Below, in pieces: positions 57,358-64,000 of a stretch of 64,000 nt of DNA. Position 1 is the stretch's first letter. Each line of letters starts with the position of its first letter. The notes under the pieces were generated by a model that was not told the DNA's origin, did no database searches, and was given only the letters and a program-made list of their open reading frames with translations. The position numbers were made by a program, and so were the translations under genes. Source of the DNA: an uncultured Phycisphaeraceae bacterium (GTDB lineage: Bacteria > Planctomycetota > Phycisphaerae > Phycisphaerales > Phycisphaeraceae); assembly GCA_964426135.1 (NCBI GenBank), contig CAYRPN010000018.1, positions 65 to 64,064 of the forward strand, written 5' to 3'.

Positions 57358-59385
57358 TCACTTCACTTCGAACTCGACCGTGTACGGATGGATGTCGATC
57401 ATCCACTCGTTCATTGCCTGTTCCATTTCCTTCGTCGCGCCGACGAACTTCATGAAGTAGATCGGCTCCGCCCGGCTTCGCAGCCGGACCGCCAGCCTGT
57501 ACACGCCAGGCTTCGTCAGCAGCTTGCCCGGCACCGAGTAATTCGCTTTCCGCGTCCCCAGCGGGGGAATCGAACGAGCCTCCATGCGAACCGTCGGCGG
57601 GTGGTTGATCACTGTCGTCGGCGTGCCCGCCGGCCGCAGGAACGGAATCTGGTCCGCGTCCACGTTCACGGGCAGGTACATTTCGCGGTCGGTGCCCTTG
57701 ACGTTCGTCGTGAGGAACTTCGACTGCAGATTCACCAGTTGATCGTCGTGGGCCAGCTTGCCCGCGCGGACATCGAACGAGTGCAGGTCCGCCATGTCGC
57801 CGTGGCTGTCCACGTAACCCGTTTCCCAGATGTTCTTGCCTTCGGGATCGATCAGGGCGACGTTCAGCCAGATTTCAGGCTGGGCGCCCAGCGAACCGGA
57901 GGGCAGGTTGTGGCCCGGGTCCGTGTTCGTGATCTTGTACTGGAAGCTCAGGCCGCGGCCGAGCGCCGGCTTGCTGTCGAAGAACGGGCCATCGATGCGC
58001 GAGCCGTTCTCCATGACCGCCAGGCGATCCTTCTTTTTCTTTTCCAGGAGCTTGATGTTCTCATCGAGGATCGCGCGGGCGTCTTCGCGGTCGAACGAAT
58101 CCTTCCAGTCATCGGGGAACGCAACCTTCAGCGTGCCCTTGTCCACTTTCTCTTCAAACTCCGGCGTTCCCCAGCCCGCGCGGAAATCGAAGCGGAGCCA
58201 CTGCTCCATGGTCCACTTTTCCGCCTTGGGGTTGTGCGGGAAAATGCCGGGGTGGGCAATCGGGTAGCCGGGGCCGTAGAAGGAGTGGTTCGCGTGCTTG
58301 CGCTTGGCGGTGGGCTTGCCGCCGACGACCGCCGCCGGAGCCTCGGCATAACCGGCGGGCACGCCGGGGGTGTGGCCCATGTGGCAGTCCTGACACTGGA
58401 TGCCCTGTTTCTTGGCGGGCGATGCGCGGTACTGATCCCATACCACTTCGAGCTTGATGCCGATGTTCACCGCGACCTGGTGGCAGGAGACGCAGAACTC
58501 GCTCTTGTCCAGTTGCTCGAACTTGATGGCCTGGGCGTGGACCTTGATGCCGGGGCCGGTCTTGTCGCCCTTGGGGTCCAGCGTGGTGATGTTCTTGATC
58601 GCTTCCTGCAGGCCGGCGCCGTCGCTGGTGCCGAGCACCGCCGCGTGGATGTTGCCCACTTCGATCCGGCGTTCGCCGTTGACCTTGGCGTACTGCGACT
58701 CGACGCGGTGGCAGGTGATGCAGGTGATGCCCTCGCGCGACACCTTGGTGCGCTTCCACAGGGGCAGATCGCGCTCTTCCTTCAAGGCTGTGCCGACGCT
58801 GGCGTGACACCGCATGCAGAAGTAACCGATCGTGCCCTGCGCCAGGTCGTTGATCTTCTGCTCGAACTTATGAAACATCGGAGAGATGGAGGCGTAGGCA
58901 TGGTTGCTGACGCGCCACTCATCGTAAATCTGCTGATGGCAGGCGGCACACTTGCTGGCGCTGGGGTAATTGTCTTCCGCATAGAGAGCCGTGTGCGGAT
59001 CGCCTTCCACAGCCGGCGTCACCTTGCTGCCGTCGGGCAGCGTGGTGGGCTGTGCCTTGGGCGGCGCGGGCTTGGGCGGGTTCTTCGCGTCATCCTCGTC
59101 ATCGAGGAGCGCGCCGGGCTTGGGCTTGGCGGGCGTGGCGGGTGTGGCGGGCGTCACCGGCTTGGCGGGGACATCCTCGTCATCGAGCAGGCCGCCCTTG
59201 GCCTCGGGCTTCTTGGGCTCGGGGGCCTTGGGTGCTGCCGGCGTGGCGGGCTTCTTGGGCACGTCCTCGTCGTCGAGCAGGCCGCCCTTGGGCTTCTCCT
59301 GCGCGAACGCCAGGCCGCCGGCGAAGAGCGCGGCGATGGCCGCGATGCTGAGGCAGTACCGGAAAAACGAAGTGCGGGTGCTCAT
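57358..59385 (-). CDS. Secreted pentahaem c-type cytochrome with N-terminal Pro/Lys + acidic repeats and a ~300-aa non-haem C-terminal domain
   Basis: ATG start and signal peptide. Three GG(L)LDDEDVP.KP-type repeats are present, with five CxxCH (CAACH, CMRCH, CITCH, CVSCH, CQDCH). Confidence 0.8.
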   Translation of the reverse strand: MSTRTSFFRYCLSIAAIAALFAGGLAFAQEKPKGGLLDDEDVPKKPATPAAPKAPEPKKPEAKGGLLDDEDVPAKPVTPATPATPAKPKPGALLDDEDDAKNPPKPAPPKAQPTTLPDGSKVTPAVEGDPHTALYAEDNYPSASKCAACHQQIYDEWRVSNHAYASISPMFHKFEQKINDLAQGTIGYFCMRCHASVGTALKEERDLPLWKRTKVSREGITCITCHRVESQYAKVNGERRIEVGNIHAAVLGTSDGAGLQEAIKNITTLDPKGDKTGPGIKVHAQAIKFEQLDKSEFCVSCHQVAVNIGIKLEVVWDQYRASPAKKQGIQCQDCHMGHTPGVPAGYAEAPAAVVGGKPTAKRKHANHSFYGPGYPIAHPGIFPHNPKAEKWTMEQWLRFDFRAGWGTPEFEEKVDKGTLKVAFPDDWKDSFDREDARAILDENIKLLEKKKKDRLAVMENGSRIDGPFFDSKPALGRGLSFQYKITNTDPGHNLPSGSLGAQPEIWLNVALIDPEGKNIWETGYVDSHGDMADLHSFDVRAGKLAHDDQLVNLQSKFLTTNVKGTDREMYLPVNVDADQIPFLRPAGTPTTVINHPPTVRMEARSIPPLGTRKANYSVPGKLLTKPGVYRLAVRLRSRAEPIYFMKFVGATKEMEQAMNEWMIDIHPYTVEFEVK

Positions 59386-59622
59386 ACGAAACCTCCACTG
59401 TCATCAGTCTGTTGGTAGCTTGACCCAGATTCCGATCAGATGCGATCAATCCTTAACAAAAACAGACCGCCACGATCCCGGCGGAAAGGCCCGACAACGG
59501 ACAGTTGACTTGCCGACTCCACATGCACGGGCGCCCGGAATCACTTGAGGCCCCCAGGCCAGGCCCGACAGCCTGACTCCTTGAAAACCTGATTCTTTCG
59601 CCAGTGTACTCATGACGAATCC

Positions 59623-59651
59623 TTGTGCAAGCGCAATTCAACTCTGCACAA
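59623..59651. promoter_or_regulatory. Inverted repeat TTGTGCA-N15-TGCACAA in the divergent control region
   Basis: 7-nt perfect arms in the 521-bp spacer between the pentahaem gene (-) and the SurA-like gene (+). Function unknown. Confidence 0.25.
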
Positions 59652-59906
59652 TCCCACGTGAGACACATTCTCAATGCGGCACGCCGCGGGATGCGAATCC
59701 TCGACCTCACGCACAACCCGTGCCCAAACGCCATCACCGCGGGTCTCGCTTTCTCATCGGCTGTGACCCCGCCTGACGATTGAATATCGGCCCGACACGC
59801 GCCCAATCACACCAGGCCCCCACCCAGTGCTGCGCCAACCCGCGCGCGTCGGCGCCCCGGGAATCTCATTGCTCCACCACCGCCGTCCACTTACACTGCG
59901 CCGCTT

Positions 59907-61289
59907 ATGAAGACCTCTTTCCGCATCGTCGTCGGCGCCGCCCTGGTTTATGCCGGCGGATGCAGCACTTTCTCGGCGAATAAAGATGACCGCGAAGTGA
60001 TCCAGCCCGCCGACTTCGCCGTCAAGCCCGCCACGCCGGTGGAAAGCGATGGGCCCGCTCCGGCACGGGCGATTGAAGCCCCCGTGCCTGCACCCGCGCC
60101 GGCCCCCGTCAAACCCACGCCCGCGCCAACCACCGCGCCCGTCGCCGGCACGCAGACCGATCCACCCATCAACCCGGAACTGGCGAAAGAACTGGACAAG
60201 ATCAAGCCCCCCACCATCACCGCCGCCGCCCCCCTGAAAGACGGCACCACCCTCACCGTCAACGCCATGATCGGCCAAGTCAACGGCCGGCCCCTCTACG
60301 CCAGCGAAGTCCTCCAGCCCCTCGAAGGCCAGTTCCGCGTCGTCGCATCCAAGACCACCAGGAACGAATTCCGCGCCGTGGCCGACAAAGTCATCGGCGA
60401 TCGTCTTTTTGAAATCCTTTTTAACATCCTTTACCTGGGCGAAGCGGAACGCAATCTCACCGAGCAGGAACGATTCAGCGTCAAGGTCGTCATCCGCCTC
60501 AACCGCGAGGAACTCGTCCGCAAGCACGGCGGCGGCTCCGAAGCCCGCGCGGATGAAGAACTGAAACGCAAGACCGGCAAGAACATGGAGGAAACCCTCG
60601 AAGGCATCCGCCAGCGCATGCTCGTGGAGAAATACCAGAACGACATCGTCTTCCCCAAGATCAGCGTCAGCCGCCGCGACATCGAGCGCTTCTACAACGA
60701 GCCGGCGAACTACGAGAAATTCAACCCCAAGCCCGGCCGCAAGATTCGCGTCATCCGCGTCGCCAGACGCGAAGGCGACAACCAGGCGTCCCTGCAGGCC
60801 AAGGTGGAGCGCATCGAGAAGGCGCTGGCGGAGGGCAAGCCGTTCGCCGAGGTCGCGTTGGACCAGGCGAATCTCTTCAACCGCGAAGGCGGCGGCAAAT
60901 TCACCGTCACCGAAGGCGAGAAAACCATCGACGTCATCCAGGGCACCAAGCTCTTCGGCCCCGAACCCGTCAACGAAGCCATCGCCAAACTCGCCGCCGG
61001 CCAGCGCAGCGAACGCATCACCATCGGAGCCGCCGAGAACGTCAACCACTGGTGGGTCTTCGTCGAAGAGATCATCACCGGCAAATCCCGCAGCCTCCAG
61101 GACGCCCAGCTCGAAATCGAGCAGATGCTCAAGGCCCAGCAATACCTCATCATCGAAACCCGCTACCGCAAAAAACTCTTCGACGACGCGGGCTACAACG
61201 TCGACCCGGCCAACCTCAACGACCCGATGAACATCATGCGCCGCAGCCTCGTCGACATCGCGATGAACCTGCATGCGACCGGGTCGTGA
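59907..61289 (+). CDS. SurA/PrsA-like periplasmic chaperone lipoprotein (SurA N-terminal-like plus degenerate parvulin-like region)
   Basis: ATG start and lipobox-like ..LVYAGGCS. A Pro/Ala linker is followed by ..VNAMIGQVNGRPLYASEV.. and ..KIRVIRVA.. patterns, as in SurA/PpiD-type chaperones. The long antisense ORF 59754..61457 is rejected. Confidence 0.6.
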   Translation: MKTSFRIVVGAALVYAGGCSTFSANKDDREVIQPADFAVKPATPVESDGPAPARAIEAPVPAPAPAPVKPTPAPTTAPVAGTQTDPPINPELAKELDKIKPPTITAAAPLKDGTTLTVNAMIGQVNGRPLYASEVLQPLEGQFRVVASKTTRNEFRAVADKVIGDRLFEILFNILYLGEAERNLTEQERFSVKVVIRLNREELVRKHGGGSEARADEELKRKTGKNMEETLEGIRQRMLVEKYQNDIVFPKISVSRRDIERFYNEPANYEKFNPKPGRKIRVIRVARREGDNQASLQAKVERIEKALAEGKPFAEVALDQANLFNREGGGKFTVTEGEKTIDVIQGTKLFGPEPVNEAIAKLAAGQRSERITIGAAENVNHWWVFVEEIITGKSRSLQDAQLEIEQMLKAQQYLIIETRYRKKLFDDAGYNVDPANLNDPMNIMRRSLVDIAMNLHATGS

Positions 61290-61462
61290 GAAATTGAGTG
61301 AACGAGATGGGATCGAAAGAGTGGAACGGCCCCTTCCATCCCATTCCCGCCTGCTTTTTCTCCCCAATCCCTTCTGCCTTCTCCCTTCTGCCTTCTCTCC
61401 CGCCAGAAATGTCCCTTTTCCGCCTTCGCCGGCGGCGACCAAGGCGAACCGAGTCAACGACC

Positions 61463-61987
61463 ATGAGCATGTCCCGGAAAATCCGCCACGAAGTCAAGGC
61501 TGTGCTCATCGCCACCGCGTTCTTCGCTGCCTGGTTCGGCACGCTCATGTTGCTGAAACGCCTGATCCTCGCGGAATACCAGATCGAGTTCCGCGGCTTG
61601 GCCTCGGCCCTGCTGGGTGCCCTGGTCGTCGCCAAGGTGGTGCTGATCCTTGAGCACGTGCCGCTGGGCGGGTGGGTGCGCCGGCAGCCCGCGTGGGTCG
61701 ATCTGATCGCCCGCACCGCGCTCTACGCCGCCGGCGCTTTCGTCGCGATGCTCATCGAAAAAGCCTTTCACGGCAGACACGAATACGGCGGCTTCGGCGA
61801 ATCGCTGGTCAAGGTCTTCCAGCACACGGATATTCACCACGTCTGGGCGGCGGCGATCGGCGTCACGGGAGGCCTGCTCCTGTTCAACATCGCCTCCTTG
61901 CTGAGAAAGCGCGTCGGCGGCGAAGCCCTGGGGCGAGCGTTCCTCACGCCGATGGAACCTTCGCCCCCATCGCAATCCCACCAATGA
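61463..61987 (+). CDS. Hypothetical four-TM membrane protein
   Basis: Trimmed to the ATG at 61463 (MSMSRKIRHEVKAVLIATAFFAAWFG..). No family recognised. Confidence 0.5.
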   Translation: MSMSRKIRHEVKAVLIATAFFAAWFGTLMLLKRLILAEYQIEFRGLASALLGALVVAKVVLILEHVPLGGWVRRQPAWVDLIARTALYAAGAFVAMLIEKAFHGRHEYGGFGESLVKVFQHTDIHHVWAAAIGVTGGLLLFNIASLLRKRVGGEALGRAFLTPMEPSPPSQSHQ

Positions 61988-62550
61988 CCTTGCCGCCAAC
62001 CGGCGCCATGCGGGTCCCGCCGCAGGCGATCCTCGCCGGCGGCTCCACGCTCCCCGAAGAAGTGCAGGCCGACCGCGATTTGAACGTTGGCAATCATCAA
62101 GAGGAAAAACAAGAATGTCCCATTCTTCTTTCGTGTCCCTTTATTCTTTCGCCGGGCCACTACCGCCTGCGCGTTCCTGGCGGCTGACTGTTACCTTCCG
62201 TACCGATCGGACAATGTAAGGTAGCTATGCCGCCGGGCTGCTGGCGGGGCTGGGCTGTTCTTTGAGCAGTCTGCGCTCGACTTGCGGAGGAGAACGGCGG
62301 AGGCGGGAAGTGGCCGGAAAGTGTCCTACCTTTCTGGCAGTCAAAAGGTAAGTGTCTGCTTTGGCGATGGTTAAGGCCGATTTTCACCGCCAGGGGTAGG
62401 TGGCCGGCCACTGGGGGGCGATGCTGGGCAGGACATGGACGCCAAGCGAGGCATAGAATCCCGGCATCGCCTGACCTGAAACTCGCCGGCGATTTGACCC
62501 GACCTTGGCCGGCGAGACAATCCACTCACCCTAACCACAGGAGGTTTGCC

Positions 62551-63105
62551 ATGACACGGAATCTGTCACTGATCGCGGCGCTGGTGCTTGGTTTGGCGGG
62601 CGTCGGCTTCGTTGGCGGCTGTGCCGACACGCCCAAGTCGGAACTGGGCAAGGCGGAACTGCACTCGCAGACCATGGACGCCATCGCTCGGGTGAAGGCG
62701 GCCGACCCCGGCACGACCACGTTCTTTAACAGTGCGGTGGGCTATGCGGTGTTCCCCACCGTGACCAAGGGCGGCGCGGGCATCGGCGCGGCGCACGGCA
62801 TCGGCGAACTGTTCGAGGGCGGCAAGGTCGTGGGCCTGTGCGAAGTCAGCCAGGCGACCATCGGCCTGCAACTGGGCGGGCAGGAATACACCGAGGTGAT
62901 TTTCTTCCAGACCAAGGAAGCGCTCGCCAGCTTCAAACGCGGCGACTTCGAATTCTCCGGTCAGGCGTCCGGAGCCGCCATCAAGGCGGGCGGAGCCGCC
63001 AACGCCAAGTACGAAGCGGGCGTGCTGGTGATCACGCTGACCAAGGGCGGCCTGATGGGCGAAGCCAGTGTCGGCGGGCAGAAGTTCTCGGTGACGCCGA
63101 AGTGA
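62551..63105 (+). CDS. SYLF (Ysc84-like) lipid-binding domain lipoprotein
   Basis: ATG at 62551, preceded by AGGAGG. Lipobox ..GFVGGCA. ..GYAVFPTVTKGGAGIGAAHGIGELF..G......V.QATIGLQLGGQ.Y..VIFF.. matches the SYLF/DUF500 pattern. Confidence 0.7.
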   Translation: MTRNLSLIAALVLGLAGVGFVGGCADTPKSELGKAELHSQTMDAIARVKAADPGTTTFFNSAVGYAVFPTVTKGGAGIGAAHGIGELFEGGKVVGLCEVSQATIGLQLGGQEYTEVIFFQTKEALASFKRGDFEFSGQASGAAIKAGGAANAKYEAGVLVITLTKGGLMGEASVGGQKFSVTPK

Positions 63106-63229
63106 GGCGGTGACCACCGGATCAGGTTGTCGTCATTGCCGGTGAGCTTGATGCGTTCCGTTCCAGGCGCTCCACGACCCGTCTGGGTCTGCAGGCGATG
63201 CTGTGCGGGAAAGGCGCTTGTAAATCAGA

Positions 63230-63889
63230 ATGTCCCCTTTGATCGTCCCAAAAGCGGCTACTCCAATGAGGATCGCCATAATTGACGGGCTAAGCGAGTG
63301 GAATCGATTTGCCTACGCGATGGGCGATAGAGTTCGCTTGTATAGCTTTGCCAATGAACTAAGAAGTGCCGGCCATTCCGTAATTCTAATAAATGGCGCT
63401 GTAACCGAATATGAAATGATAAACATTCTGAATTCGCATCAGATGGTGGTCGTTGTAGCACACGGCGGCGAAGACTATTATGACGCTAACAAGACGCCGC
63501 AGGCAATGTTGGTGCTTGGCGGTATCACCCAGTTATCCATCGATCAGACATTTCCGGCTCCGCCAGGCGGCGGAGGCCCAGTCGGTCCAAGCCAAGGAAC
63601 TCTATTTCCAGAAGTAATTTCAGCCAACGAGTTGGATGGCATGGTAAACAATCCAACCCTCGAACTGCTTGTAGCAGGCTGCCGAACGGGAAGAACATCT
63701 CGTCTGCGCGATGCGGTTAGACCTAAGACATTTGTAGGCTCAACAGGCGATATCAATTCAGTCGGCGTCGACTGGATACTACAATATGTTGTCGATAGGC
63801 TGACAAGCGGCGAGGCTGTCGCACAAGCAACGTACTTAGCAAGGAGCAAACGCAATGTCGTTAATCCCACAAACAAAGACTTCCGTTAA
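63230..63889 (+). CDS. Minimal caspase/CHAT-like (clan CD His-Cys dyad) protein
   Basis: Low-GC DNA. A beta-strand plus His-Gly (..QMVVVVAHGG..) and a beta-strand plus Ala/Gly-Cys (..LELLVAGCRTG.., compare caspase QACRG and CHAT ..LSAC..) occur in the expected order and spacing. An alternative ATG lies at 63266 (MRIAIIDG..). Confidence 0.45.
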   Translation: MSPLIVPKAATPMRIAIIDGLSEWNRFAYAMGDRVRLYSFANELRSAGHSVILINGAVTEYEMINILNSHQMVVVVAHGGEDYYDANKTPQAMLVLGGITQLSIDQTFPAPPGGGGPVGPSQGTLFPEVISANELDGMVNNPTLELLVAGCRTGRTSRLRDAVRPKTFVGSTGDINSVGVDWILQYVVDRLTSGEAVAQATYLARSKRNVVNPTNKDFR

Positions 63890-64000
63890 TAGCCGTTGGG
63901 CAAATGCGAGTATTGTAATACCAATTATATTGACTGCGCTCTTAGCGTTTATATTCCAGCCGATGGAGTTTACTGGCTTAACATTCGAGCGACAAAAACA
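63855..64000 (+). CDS. Partial ORF (runs off the window): small membrane protein, 5' end only
   Basis: Not in the ORF track because no stop is reached. AAGGAG (63841..63846) is followed 8 nt later by an ATG. The translation MSLIPQTKTSVNSRWANASIVIPIILTALLAFIFQPMEF.. includes a TM helix. It overlaps the preceding gene by 35 nt. Confidence 0.35.
   Translation, partial: MSLIPQTKTSVNSRWANASIVIPIILTALLAFIFQPMEFTGLTFERQK

Noticed and set aside
62000-62550. A 560-bp gene-free stretch upstream of the SYLF lipoprotein gene. It has a B12-box-like GCCACTG (about 62408..62414), a GGGAAGTGGCCGGAAAG string and several local hairpins, suggesting a possible cobalamin riboswitch.
   Set aside because: The remaining conserved cobalamin-riboswitch elements and helices could not be assembled by eye, and the downstream gene is not a known B12-regulated function. 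It would need an Infernal scan, so it is not reported as a feature.

Overview
This is a 64 kb window of high-GC bacterial chromosome, with most genes on the minus strand. The gene content looks Planctomycetota-like (inference): a PSCyt1-type cytochrome-c/WD40 giant protein, a prepilin-type N-terminal methylation-motif protein and two PEP-CTERM proteins. I call about 50 protein genes and one tRNA-Glu(CUC), and I see no rRNA and no CRISPR. Housekeeping genes recognised by motif are rph, moaC, recX, an erpA/iscA-like gene, ileS, pckG, sdhC-sdhA-(hypothetical)-sdhB, hisI and sthA. Four patches look accessory or compositionally atypical. (i) 40.7-44.6 kb holds hypothetical genes, a 5'-truncated IS1595-family transposase and a MITE-like foldback. 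(ii) 49.6-50.9 kb is a low-GC type II restriction-modification cassette. (iii) That cassette sits inside a 14.5 kb co-oriented redox cluster at 44.8-59.4 kb. The cluster comprises a pentahaem cytochrome, a beta-barrel-like outer-membrane protein, a membrane-anchored FNR/2Fe-2S flavoprotein, a tetrahaem cytochrome, a cNMP-binding 4x[4Fe-4S] protein, a four-His polytopic membrane protein and a 1317-aa decahaem mosaic protein. I flag this cluster as the best candidate for an undescribed trans-envelope electron-transfer system. (iv) The low-GC window end at 63.2-64.0 kb carries a minimal caspase/CHAT-like protein plus a partial membrane ORF. The other striking property is non-coding. Most intergenic spacers examined are filled by REP-like palindrome pairs (at least 7 sequence families) and by foldbacks whose arms are short tandem repeats. 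Copies of these elements have been absorbed in frame into ileS and into the decahaem gene. All calls come from reading the sequence and ORF track by eye; no database search or folding program was run.
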